Under the pieces are notes generated by a model that saw only the letters and a list, made by a program, of their open reading frames with translations, did not search any database and was not told the DNA's origin. DNA of 64,000 nucleotides from Moniliella sp. 'wahieum' (Eukaryota), in NCBI GenBank assembly GCA_003971905.1, contig RSEE01000149.1, positions 1 through 64,000 of the forward strand, in the 5' to 3' direction. This document shows, one piece after another, positions 10,901-23,539 of the stretch (within the stretch, counting starts at the first letter, position 1; each line of letters opens with the position of its first letter). The translations under genes were made by a program, and so were the position numbers.

Positions 10901-12148
10901 GTGCCCGTCGCGCAACCAGCGCATCCCGCAGCGCCCAGCCCCACCAGGCCCCTACCCGGGGCACGTTGTGTGTGATGGGTCTCAGCCCCCGGCCGCTGCA
11001 AAGACACGTGCGGGCCAGCCCCGGCCAGCCTAACGAGCTAACCGCATACGCGCATAACCGGGAGGCGGCAACTGATACCCGGGAACCAGTGTTCCGTTCA
11101 GAAGGCACCTGTCCCGCTGCTCTGCTGTCCCGCTGCTCTGCTGCCCCGCTGCTTTGCTACCCCAGATCGCCCCGGGCCAAACACAGCTATCGCCGCAACC
11201 GCCAAGGAGCCTCGACACGCCTCTCGACCTGCTCGACTGCTCCCCTGCCCGTCACATGTCACATGTCACATGGCATCACCCTGTTTCCTCTCCACCCATC
11301 TGGCCCATCCAAACCCACAAGCTCACACTACCCCACCGCCACGCGTCCCCGGCGTTACCTGTGCCCGAGTGGGCACCAGCAACTGCCCCTAACAGCCACG
11401 TACTCCTAAGGGCCACACTATGAGAAGTCACTAGGTCACTAGTCACTGAATCACTGAATCACTAGCTCCACTGGCAACTAAGCAGTATCCACCCTTCTTG
11501 GAGAGCCTAGCGTCGTCGTGCCGTGGCCCCCAACAGCAGGTCCCCCAGCACCGGACCAGCAACCCTCGGCAACCCCAACCGCAAAAGGCTTAGTGAATAA
11601 TGGTTGAGGTCCGAAAAGGTGCGATCATTAATTCATTAGTTGAGCCGTGAGGCCCGGCGCCGGAAGCTGGAGCGGCCTCTGAGGCCTGAGGGCCTGAGGC
11701 ACAGTCTCATCGTCAGACACAGGCACGCCAAACCCCCGATAGAGTCCCCACGGGGCTCCACCCATCGCCGCCATATCTCACACCCAGTGCCTGGCTGGAG
11801 CCTGGCAAAGCCAAGAACAGCGCGGCTCTCTCCAGCCGCAGCTGCTCGGTCTCCACATACGTACCTCAAACGTGTCTTGAAGCTTCAGGAGGATGCAGGA
11901 TGCATCATGCATCACATGCCACAGGTATACTGCCTCTCTGAGATGTGAGATGTGGTCGCTGGCGGATACACCGCGTACTGAAGGGCACTCCCTTCGAACT
12001 CCCCCTCCCCTCCCTGCCCCGCCAGCGGGGTAAGTTCGAGCCAAAGCGAGAGAAAACGGGATATAAATACGGCCCCATTTCTCTACTGCCCACTACTTCT
12101 CCACATCCCCCCCCCCACCCCCTCACTCCCCTTCCAGCCCCTTGCACT

Positions 12149-13744
12149 ATGGACGCCCAACTCGAGAAGAAGATTGATGGGACGATGGTCGACCCGATCC
12201 AGGACGTCGACCTGATGGCCGACCCAAAGACCATGGCGATGAACGGGGACAGCGTGGTGCCCAACTTGGCGTTGACCTCACTTCCCTCTATGAGCCCCGA
12301 AGAACGACAAGCACTTGAAAAGCAGCTCAAGCGCAAGATTGACCGGCGCCTGCTCGGTCCTCTGATTGTGCTCTACATTCTCAACTACCTTGACCGCAAC
12401 AATCTCTCCCAGGCTGCTGATTACGGTTTCAAGCGCGACCTCCACCTCGTCGGCAACCAATACTCCACCATCTTGGCCATCCTCTTGTTGGCTACATTCT
12501 CTTTCAGGTGCGTAACTCTATTCCACTGTTGCGGGGTTTCGGAAACTAACTCTGCCTTAATTCCAGATTCCCTCCAACCTGCTATGAACAAAGTGGGCCG
12601 TCCCAGGCTCTACTCCCTGTGGCTGTGGGCGTTTGGGGGTGTGGTTAGTGGGCTAACGGCAGTATGCAATTCATATGGCAGTGTTCTTGCTGTTCGTGTG
12701 TTTTTGGGCGTGACCGAGGCCGCTTTCTTCCCAGGAGCACTGCTGCTGCTTTCGTCATGGTACACCAAGAAGGAACTGGCCACGCGCACTGCGCTTCTCT
12801 ACTCGGGATCCATCATCTCCAATGCGTTCAGCAGCTTGCTCGCCACGGCCATCCTCACCATGGACGGCGTCCGGGGCATTGCTGGCTTCCGCTGGCTTTT
12901 CATCATCGAAGCTAGTGTCACGGTCCTTGTGGCGCTGGCTTGCCCTTTCATCTTGCCCGACTACCCGGAGAACACCAAGTTCCTCACTCCGGAAGAGCGA
13001 ATGATTGCAGTGCAGCGTCTTGCGGAGGATGCCGGAGAAGTGGACCGTGGCTCTGGGGAACGGCAAAGGAAGGACTGTGGCTGACGTTTAAGGACCCGTT
13101 GGTCTGGCTCATGGCGCTCGCTTTGACAGCCGCCACGCTGGCCATGTCGTTCAATGCGTTTATGCCGACAGTGGTGAGGGAGATGCTAGGGTACTCGCGG
13201 ACGTACACGTTGCTGATCACTGCTACGCCGTGGGTGTTTGCTTGGATCGTGGTCTTGTTCAATGCTCTGCACGCCGACAAGGGGGGAGCGGACGCTGCAC
13301 ATCACCATCCCTCTCTTCTTTTGCATTGTGGGGTTCATCATGGCCGCCGCGACGAAGCAAAAGGCAGTCAACTTTACGGGTACATTCCTCATGTGCCAAG
13401 GCTACGCCGGGTTTGTCGTCATCCTCTCCTGGATGGGCACTACCTTTGCCCGTCCTACTCACAAGCGTGTGGTGGCCACTGCCGGTATCAACGCGTTCAG
13501 TCAGCTGGGCAACGTGGCGAGCATGTACTACTGGGGCAATGGCAAGCCGATCTGGGAATCTTCGGTCATCTGCCTCGCCTGTGCTGCGGCGGCGATCGTA
13601 TTGGTGATTGTGATCCGCTTCCTGCTCGTGCAAAAGAACAAGGAGCTCGACCGCAAGTTCGGTACGATCGAGGAGATTGACAGTCGCGCCGATGGCATGA
13701 CGGCGGTCGAATTGGCTCACCTCAAGTTCCGCTACTTGGTCTGA
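12149..13744 (+). CDS. MFS transporter, anion:cation symporter (allantoate permease/Tna1-like) family; intron 12508-12566
   Basis: Motifs LKRKIDRRL, LNYLDRNNL, RVFLGVTEAAFFPG, SSWYTKKELATR, GFRWLFIIEA, LPDYPE..FLTPEER, C-terminal FRYLV*. TATAAATA at about 12062. Confidence 0.93.
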
Positions 13745-15170
13745 TCTATGATCCTCGGCCACTCCTCGTTCCACCCGCCTGGATCGGCATCGAGATGGTA
13801 GATATACCCTTGCACCTTGCCTTCCCTCTGGCCTTCCCTCTGTCTCTCCATATTTTGCTCCCCCTTCCCTTCTCTTCCCTTGTACTTTCATTCGCACCCC
13901 CCACCACCTCGCTCTAGCTGCTACTCGATGCAGTAATGTGACTACACGACAACTGGACAACCGAATCCTCTGCTCCTCTGGGTATAGTAGTAGTATACAC
14001 AGTCACGTTGGAGAGAACGATAGTGGTGTTCAAAGAGCAAACATCGCCAACGATTGCCTCAGGCCGCTGCTTCTCTATACCGCTTTAACCACCCTGCGTT
14101 AAGGTCGATTGTCGAGACGAATGCGGAGGATCAGTGAGTGTGCACGCGGCCCGAGTGGCCTGGGCCGGCGCCCTATGCGTAAGCGTATACGGGACATCCA
14201 AAGGATTGAACCGATGCACTCTCACCGAGGTGAAGGCGCTCCTGGACCTAATTCAAGCCCACGCCCGCGCCCACGTCCACGTCCACGTCCACTCCGACGC
14301 GCCTGGAGAGAAACGCCGACCTTCCCCCTGGTTTGGGACTGTTCTGTGCCTCGGACCGATGGATGGATCGGGTTTCACCTGGGTGCATTGGACAAACACA
14401 GGGGCTATCGCGACACAGTGGCGGGGCGAAGATTCCGCCGGTGCACGTAGGTTGAACGTTGGTGGCAGCCAATCACTGAGTTCTGAGTCTGTTGCCATTC
14501 TGTTGCTACGGGCACGATCTGGGGGCGCCTCCGCTCGCTGGTTCACATGTCACAGCTGCATCACATGTGATGTCACATGTCACAAGATCACGGCATCCCC
14601 ATCGAGGCATCTGCGTCGTTGCCGTCCACAAGGGCGATTAATCGGCAGTGCATCCAAAAGGCGGGTGTTTGCGGTGCGGCGGTCTGAGGGTACAGTGGGA
14701 GGGAGGGTTTGATGGTGGTCGTTGCTGAGTGAGCGATGAGCTCACTAGCAGAGCAGAGGGAGCGATGAGTGGTTGCTGAGCCACTTACAACGAGTACTGC
14801 AGCCTGAAGGGGGGACGCGGAAGATTGGCCAAAGTGGGCGGTTAATAAGAAAAGCCGAGTTGTCGGCCGGCCGGCAGGGGGCGAGTGGGCGGCCATCTAA
14901 CGTCATTTGCCTGAGCCGGGCGCAATTCGATTTGGGTAGGGTTGCCGGGGGAGGCGGATTTGAAACGGGCGCGGGTGGCCTGCCGCGGACATGCAGTGCT
15001 CAGACGGAGTACCCCAGTCCCGGCCCCAGGTGGGCTGGGTCAGTCAGTACTCCGTTCCTCAGGACGGTGTGCGGGGTGGGTATCCACTCCGTCGGGATAT
15101 TGCTCCGTCGATGGCGCTAGCTGGGCTTGCCGCTCTTTCCCACCATCTCCATCTCCTTTGGTCATCCACC

Positions 15171-16741
15171 ATGAGCATTTCCTGTGACACCCTTCTCACC
15201 CCCCTGCTCCGTCCCTCGGCACCTGCCTCCGCCCCTGCGATCATCATCCCTGGTGCGCAGCGCTTGGAGTACAGCTATGCGCGTCTGGCGCAGCAAGTGG
15301 GCCGTGTGCAAGCCCAGCTGGCCTCGTTCAAGTTGCCGCCCGGCAAGGCGGTCTCTGCGTCGCTGATCAACGGCATTGAGTTCACCGCCACCTTCCTCGC
15401 CACTGGTGCTCAGCAGCTCATTTCGGCTCCCTCAACCCCTACAAGCAGAGCGAGGTGGAGTTTTACCTCAATGACACGCAGGCCGGCTTGATGGTGCTGC
15501 ACCATGGGGCGGTGCAAGCCCAGGCGCCCGCCGCGCTCGCCGCTCAAAAACTCAACATCCCTGTGGTGGAAATTGTGGTGGAGCCTAGCTCGGGCGAGGT
15601 CAAGCTGATCCACCCTGGTGGGGCACCTGTACCCCTGGCCGAGGCGGGAGTGCTGCAGGCCAGCCGCAAGACGTGGCGCTTGTCCTGCACACGTCGGGCA
15701 CGACGGGCCGGCCCAAAGCAGTGCCTCTCACGCACGCCAACATTGCCCGTACCATGGTCAACATTGTCAACACCTACCACCTCACGCCCAAGGACCGAAC
15801 GTTGCTGGTCATGCCTCTGTTCCATGTGCACGGATTGGTGTGTGGGTTGCTGGCGACGCTGCTGTCTGGTGGATCGGCGGTGATCCCACCCAAGTTTTCT
15901 GCATCGAACTTTTGGAAGACGTTTGAGGCAGAGGGGTGCACGTGGTACACGGCCGTGCCTACGATCCACCAAATGTTGTTGGCCGACAAGACGCCCAAGC
16001 CGTCGGCGTCGCCTGTGCCGGGACTTCGGTTCATCCGTTCCTGCTCCTCGAGCTTGTCGCCGCCGACGTTTGAAGCGATCGAGACGGCGTTTGGCGCGCC
16101 GGTGCTGGAGGCGTATGCGATGACGGAAGCGGCGCACCAGATGACCTCCAACCCCTTGCCGCCGAAAAGCGCTTCCCCGGCTCGGTGGGGGTGGGCCAAG
16201 GCGTGGAGGTGCGCATCCTCGATGACAAGGGCGATGAGGTGCCGCACGACACGGTGGGTGAGGTGTGCATTCGCGGGCCGAATGTGACCAAGGGATACCT
16301 GAACAACGACAAGGCCAACGCCGAGAGCTTTGTGCACCAGGGCCGCAACAAGGGCTTCTTCCGCACCGGCGACCAAGGGCGGCAAGACAAGGATGGCTAT
16401 GTGCGCCTGGTGGGGCGGATCAAGGAGCTGATCAACCGCGGCGGGGAGAAGATCAGCCCGCTGGAGATTGACGCCGCGTTGCTGGGTGTGCCCGGGGTGG
16501 GGGAGGCCGTGTCGTTCGGGGCGCCGGACAAGATGTATGGGGAGAAGGTGAACGCGGCGGTGGTGCTCAAGGCGGGGGCGCAGCTGTCGCAGTCGGCGAT
16601 CCAGGAGGCGTTGAAGGACAAGCTGGCGCCATACAAGATCCCCGAGACGATCTTCATCTCGGACCAGATCCCCAAGACGGCGACGGGCAAGGTGCAGCGC
16701 ATCAAGGTGGCGGCCGCGTTCCTGCGCCGAGCAAGCTGTAA
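15171..16741 (+). CDS. PCS60: Peroxisomal AMP-forming acyl-CoA synthetase, oxalate-CoA ligase (PCS60/AAE3) type
   Basis: Motifs LHTSGTTGRPKAVPLTH, MPLFHVHGL, RFIRSCSS, LEAYAMTEAAHQM, FRTGDQG, IKELINRGGEKISP, PKTATGK. The corrected end AGC AAG CTG TAA gives a PTS1 signal (SKL). Confidence 0.9.
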
Positions 16742-16903
16742 GGCGACCACGCTGGGGTGGGGTGGGGTGGGGCGTTAAGCGGGGAGCGTGCACCGTTGCT
16801 GTACGAAGCGGGTAGGATGCGTACTCGGTATCATTTTTCTCTCTGCTGTATTTCTGCTCGTACTCTGCTCGATCATTGCTATACTCTCTCTTTCCCTTAT
16901 CTC

Positions 16904-16942
16904 GATATCAATATCAATATCAATATCAATATCAATATCAAT
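16904..16942. repeat. (ATATCA)6 microsatellite in 3' flank
   Basis: gatatcaatatcaatatcaatatcaatatcaatatcaat. Confidence 0.9.
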
Positions 16943-17890
16943 CTCACTATCAATGTCAACATCAGAGCATTGAACATGCGTGGCGAGAAAAAGAGATGGA
17001 TGGGGCTGTTCGCTGGCAAACGGGACTGGAGTTAGTACCTAGTGGAAAGGAGAGGTGGCCAGAGCGACGCGTGCGGCAAGGCCCCAGCAGCCACAGCCAC
17101 TGGCGAGGCACAGAGTGGGTCGTGCATGCTATGTACCATCGAATCCTGTGCCTGTGCACGCGTGGTGTAGACGGTGATATATGATATATGATAGGCGTGG
17201 GAGGGTGGGGTGAGGGAGGCACTAGGGCAGCCTGGGCCCGCAGCAGAGCAGCGTGCGAGGCAGTTCGGAGTTGGGAGGCAGCAAGCCATGCAGCAGGGAG
17301 TGCTTCGATACATCAGCAGCTCGCGGCTCTTGCGGCGCCCCAGCCCATAGCAAGCGCCTGTGTGCGCAGGTGGCGCCGGCAGAGGCGAGCTGTGCGGCAG
17401 CCGAGCCAGCGCGGCAGGCAGGCAGCGTGCAAGGGCAGTGGCTGCGAGCAGGGCGGTGTCTGAGCACCCAGGCTCAGCACCCGAGAGACCAGCCGACAGA
17501 GCACACAGGAAGCCGAGCAGCGCCTATCCAGTATCCATCCCTCGCCCAACCCATCCCACACGCCCTGTCGTCGGCCACCCGAAAATGCAAAATGCGCCCC
17601 ACCGCTCGGCGCTGCAGCCGGGGGCGCACGTACGAAAAAACGTAGCGCTGGTAGGCAACACAAGAGGGCGTACGCACTATGTACCTCGGCTCGATATGTA
17701 TTTTTTTTCTTTGCTTCGCTCCGTCCGCTCTACGCCCCCTCGATGGGCACGAGCCACCCCCCCCCCCCTCCACCCTCGGCTGCGCCTGCTGAAGGACACC
17801 ACCACCATCTGCCCCTCCTCCGGCCCATTCTTTGCCCATGCAGGCCCACGACTTTTATCTGCCCTACCACCCCGCCAAACGACCACAGCG

Positions 17891-20800
17891 ATGACAGCAG
17901 ACGGCAGCAGCAGCCACCAAACAACACCAACCCATACCCTCTCTGCCCACGCCCACGCCCACGGCCACCGTCTGAGCAGTGCCGGCGCCGCCTACGTCTC
18001 CCCGCCACTCCCCGACAGCTTCGCTCCCCTCTCATCCGCCGCTCCGGTGCCCCTCCCGCCGTGGACCCCGACGAAACCCCCCATACCGACCACGACGACG
18101 GCTGGTTCGACCTCCGCCCGACGCCCCTCTCTGCCATCACGCCGATGCAGCTGTGCTTGCCAAGCCCTCCCCTCCCGCTGGGATCGGGGCAGCTGCTACG
18201 GTCACCTCTCGGGTTGACGCCGATCAGCATCCGCTCTCTGAGCCCATACCGGATGCCCCTGTACTAGGCTCTCATGCCTCTGTCGTTCCTTCTTCCGTAG
18301 GCACCAGCACACTGTTGATTCGCTTCTCAGTGGCAAGAATACCTTGTCCTCGTCCCAGCTGAGCGCGCTGGTGCAGGTGCCTGAATTGGCCGCGTTGGAA
18401 TCCCCGTCGAGTTCAGACGAGGCGCATGGCCGCTTCCTCAACGCACTGCCCAGCACGCCGTATGTACAACTCTCTTGGTTTCGAGGAGCGAGCACTGGGC
18501 AATAAGAGACACTGGTCCAATGCTTCCACCCTTCCTTTCTCTCTGCCTATACTGCCACGGCGACAGCCAAAGGGGATGATGCCATCTCCCTCGTGGGACC
18601 CGTGGGCGAGGAAGACGCCTCTTCGCGACTGCAACAGCAAGAAGAACCCGAGGAGGAAACGAATCACTTGGGGAGAAAAGGGAGGGTCAATCCCTACGTC
18701 CGCGCCAGGTGCCATCGGAGGATGATCCGATATGCCCATCCATACCCTCCGCGTGTGGCTCTTGGGCCCATATTTGCCATGGGCTTTTCAGCACTCTACG
18801 TGGCATTTACTCGTGGGACTGGACGTCAATGTGATCCAATCTGCCGTGCTGGTGCAGATCTTTTGCTGGCCGCTAGGCTTCTTATGTCCAAAGTACCGAC
18901 CCTGCTTCTTGGCCGCTCGCCTGGTTCATCAACCCGGGACCATTCAATGTCAAGGAGCACACGTTTATTTGCATCATGGCCACCTTTGGCACAGGCCCCG
19001 AGTGGCCACTGGACGTGCTCATGGTGCACAAAGTTACGTCGCATACTGTACCCACCCAAACCGGGTACAAGATCCTACTCATGTTATCCAGTTCCTGATG
19101 GGCCTATCTTACGCCGGCCTTTTTACCGCACCCTTGTCATGCTGGCCGCATGCTCTGGCCTACTGGTGCTCTCTACCTATCGGCCTTACTTACCACGCTG
19201 CACGGCGTGCGCGCAAGCAAACTGGTCCCGTCAAAAGTGTTCTATGGTACCTGATCGCTGCCTTGCCTGGTCCTGGATCCCGGGGTTTGTTTTCCAGGCC
19301 TTGCAAACCGCCTCGTACGTCTCGAGCCAAAAGCCATATATTTTGTTGGATATGGGAACTGACAAGCAGGTATTGGCGGGATGGTTTTTGGTTCTCGGGG
19401 GGCTAGATGGATTACTTGGTGTGCACCCAATTCCTACGCCGTCAATCTCATTTTGGGGGTCAAGGCGGTATGGGCTTTGGCCTTCGTTCTCACTGGATTG
19501 GGTTACCATTTCTCAGGCCTTACCTTCGCCCCTCATTACCCCTTTTCGCCCAGCTCAACATTTTGGCAGGCTACCTTCTGTGTGGTGTGTACTTCTGCTC
19601 TCATTGCGTTCTCCAGCAAAGGTGCAACGATATATGCCATGGCTCAACAATTACCCCTCGACCGCTTTTGCGCAGCGGTACCAATCAGTCACCTGCTTGG
19701 CCGCCTCTCCTTCCCATCCGGGCCTGCATGGGATGAGAAAGCGTACGAGACCTACTCCAAGCCCTACTGGTCCGCGACGAATTTGATCAGCAAGGGGTGC
19801 GACCTCGCTCTTGTTCCGGCGCTTTTGATTCACTTTCTTCTCTTTGGTCTGTTGCCGACGATGCGCGACTACCAGCGCCCCGTGCACGAAGAGGAAGATG
19901 TGCACGCTCAACTCATCCAACGGTACCAGCCCATTCCTGCGTGGTGGTGGCTGACTCTCTTCCTTGTCTCGTTGCTATGGCCATCGGGGCCTGTCGGGGC
20001 TACGAGACCGACTTGCCATTTGGGCCTTAATGTTGTCCACTTTTCTCGGCTTATCTTTGTGCTTCCGGTTGGCATCATCACTGCGCTCACTGCCATCTCG
20101 CCCGTTCCGGAATCTTTTCAATTGGTGGCTGGGTACGTGGTGCCTGGGAAAGCGAGGCTTGGATGCTGTTCCGGCTGACCTATGGTAAGCGTGGGCCAAG
20201 CGATCCGATGCTGTCGCAGCTCAAGTTGGGGTTGTACTTTAAGTTACCGGCCTCGGACGACGTTCTTGCTATTGTCGCCACCCAATCGTATCGTGTGGCA
20301 TCAGATCGTCTTGGCTGACACGATTGCGACGGCCCGAGTGGGGCCAATGAACTGCTGTACGATGCGGTGGTAGTGGGCAGGTTGGGGTCGCAACGTACCT
20401 TTGGCTCGGCGGCGGACGGTACCGCTTGCTGAACCTCTTCTTTCTCGTGGGTGCACTGGCGCCGGTACCGTTCTGGTGTGTTATCGGTACAACCCGTTGC
20501 CGCCGCTGGAACGGGTTGGGTTTCGCTGGAGCCATGTGAGTTGGCCGATCATCTTGACTGCCACACACGACGTATGGGTGGTACCCTCTTTCGTTGACGT
20601 GCTGGGCTGGGGCAGCTGTGCACCTCACCCTCTCGCCGATCCGGATGAAGAACTACTATGTCGCACTGAACTATGTCTTGTCGTCGGCCTTGACGTCGGG
20701 CTCGGCGGCAACGTACTTTTTGATTTACATGATGCCGATTTTCCAGGGCAAATATGGCACCAGCTTTGCCGGTCCCTCTTGGTGGGGCAACACAATCCAA

Positions 20801-20944
20801 TGGTCCACACTCGAAACTCAGAACACGGTCAACCCAGATGACGTACCCTACCTGTTTTGGAAAAACGCCACGGCGCTTGTGCCGCCCAGCCAGGCCGGCG
20901 CATTTGCCCCGGCACCCAATGGTCAATGGCTCGATCCCCCCTAA
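17891..20944 (+). CDS. OPT-family oligopeptide transporter with long low-complexity N-terminus; many frameshifts; start approximate
   Basis: Hallmark NPGPFNVKEH at about 18930, TLRVWLLG, EEDVHAQLIQRYQPIPAWW, NYVLSSALTSG, WWGNT; ends ...QWLDPP*. Confidence 0.88.
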
Positions 20945-22379
20945 TGCACACTGCATACAGCACATTGTGGGCCCCCTGGTCCAACGGCCAGCATCTCCTC
21001 GGCCGCGCTTCCCTCTCTGCACTGCCGTTGCCGAATTCCAACCGGGTCCTTTTGGTCATGGTTCATCGATCATCGGCCATGGCCGACGTTTGGTGTGCTG
21101 TTACGGTGTGCATGTTCGGTACTACTAAGTAGTCTCTGTCGCACGGCCCCTTCGCTCCATTCGATACTTGCATCGACGGGTCGGCAGCCATATGATTTCT
21201 GTACTCTGTACCCTGTACCTCTCCCTCGACCTTTATGCTGCCGCATTACGCGTTACGTGGCACGGAAAACCCGCTCCCGTTCTCTGGTCACCATGTCACA
21301 TGGCACTAGCCACTTACGACCGTTGCCTTTCTGCGCATTGTATTTCTATGCCAATGGTTTATTCCCAGTCCCATGCCCTCTTTCTCTTTCGTGCCTGATA
21401 GAGGCGCTGAACGCGCCGCTGTGCCTGCTCCAGACCGAGCCGGGAGCGCCGAGGGCGGGCATAAGGGTATCTGTACGTCGTGATAGTCCTACTGCCCAGA
21501 GCCCATGCGCTAGCACGCTATGGATGCTATAGAAAAGTATTATAGGGAGGACGGCCGGGGAGAGATCAACCTACCAACCATCCCACCAACCAACCAACCA
21601 ACCAAGTATAACCAATGACTAACTAACCAACCACAAGGCACAACGGATATCCTTCAAGCAACCAAAGCAACCAACCCCAACTCGCGGGAGAGACTTCAAG
21701 CTAAGCTTCAAGTCTCACGTCTCAGTGCATGCAAGCATCGACATCATCGAAAAAGGTATTTTCCCACGGGCAAGCCAAAGTCAAACGAATGAAAATCCCC
21801 ATCGGCTGCGATCGCAAGTCTGCAAGTCCAAAACGTCACAGGCGAGCGAGTGAGCGGGGCAGGCGTGTAGGGGGGTAGGCGTAGGGTAGCCTAGGCGTAG
21901 AGGGAGGGAGGAGTAGGGGTAGGTATTTCCAGATAGTGCAACTTATCTCGGGGGGCACCGAGACGGCAAGAAAAAACGAGAGAACAAGCCAAAAAAGGAA
22001 AAGAAAAGAACAGAAAGGAAAGTGAATGGTGGATCTTCAACGGGCAGAGGAGGTGGGAAAGCCCAACCTGACCTGCGACGCGTGGCAGCCCGCGGACCAG
22101 GGAGAAGGACATATGGCCGGGAGAGAGAGAAAAGGGGGGGGGAGCACCAAGGGCACAAGGGTCGGATCAACTCCAAGGAAGAAAAGGAGTTGAGAGTTAA
22201 GCAAAGAAGAGATCAGAAGCAGGGAGCGCAACGCCAAGGCAAAAGCCAAAAGCCAAAGGGAAGAGTGAAGATCCGACTTAGGTTGCTCGTACGCCTCACG
22301 GACTCACCCCGAAAAGGCAGGAAGAAAGCGCGGGTGAGGGAAGTATTGGGGCCTGAACTGGCAAGTAACATGTACCTAC

Positions 22380-23250
22380 GCGGGGACTTCAGGCCGAGGT
22401 CGAGACGGCAGACACCCGTACGCTTCAATTGCTCTACACCTCCATCGACCGACGCGGGGGAGACGACTCGTCCGACCGCTGCTCATTCCCTTGCTGCGGT
22501 GGCGGTATCGGCACGTCGTCCTCGCGCCCTACTTGCACGTGGCGGTCCGAACCACGAGATGTGCGCTGCCCAGCCGCATCTTCACCCGCATCTTCACCCA
22601 GGTCTTCCTCCCGCGCCTCCTGGGCCGACGGCCGGCGTGCTTCCTTCGTAGGGACAGGATCGTCCTGGCCACCCATGTCATCCGTCTCATCCACCTGCTC
22701 GCCCTCCCATCCCTCAGTAAGCGCGACGTGCGAGACGCACGCGTCGGACGGGCCGCAGGGGCCGCACGGGACGTACGGGGCGCACGACGGTCCGGGTCCG
22801 GGTCAGTACGAGGCGCAGACGCAGCTGCGGCGCTACGTGACCCGTGTGGCCGGGGCCGGGCACCGTCAGCACGGGGTGTAGCGTCGTTCTGGCTCTGCGT
22901 GCGCGCCAGGCGACGAGGGTAGCGCGGGACGCGGTCGCGGTCGCGGTCGCGCCGGCCTGGGGCGTAAGCGTCACGGGAAGAAACGCCGTACCGGCCGGCC
23001 CGGTCGTCCGGGTACACGGTCTGTGGGATCCGGTCCCGCCGACCTCGTGGGTCAGACAGAGGGGGTACGCGGTACCGCGACGGAGTGGGCTGTGTGTCTG
23101 AGGGCGCGTGGCCAGTGCGTGGGGGTGCGTCGTACCGCCCGCCAGTGGAAGAGGGAGTGGTATTAGGCTCGTGTTTGTCGAGGCGGGGTCAAGGGCGACG
23201 CAGCCAGGGAAAAGCTTCGTGCCAACGAGGTGGTCCAACCGGTCCATTTT
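22380..23250 (-). CDS. Possible low-complexity Arg/Asp/Glu-rich hypothetical protein
   Basis: Overlapping minus-strand frames give MYPDDRAGRYG...RDRDRDR and ...EEDLGEDAGEDAAG with coding-like composition; no recognised domain. Confidence 0.3.
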
Positions 23251-23539
23251 CTGCCTACTGATTTGGCGCGTGTGTCGGGCTGTCCTGTCCGACCCGATTC
23301 GTCGGCTGAGCCACGGGACCGGCGTGGCCGGCTGCGCTCGTCTGGGTCCAACATCACACGCGGATGAGGCGCAAGCCCAACGCCCCGTTCGCCCCGTTCG
23401 CCCTGGTCGCCGCCAGGACCACGGCGCGAAGATAGGGTGTACCGCATGGGATTTGAACGGGGATCGGAGGCACGGCGGAGCAGGCGAGGTGGGCGGCCCG
23501 GATCGGAGCGTGGACGATGGGACGCTGGGACGGGTGGGA

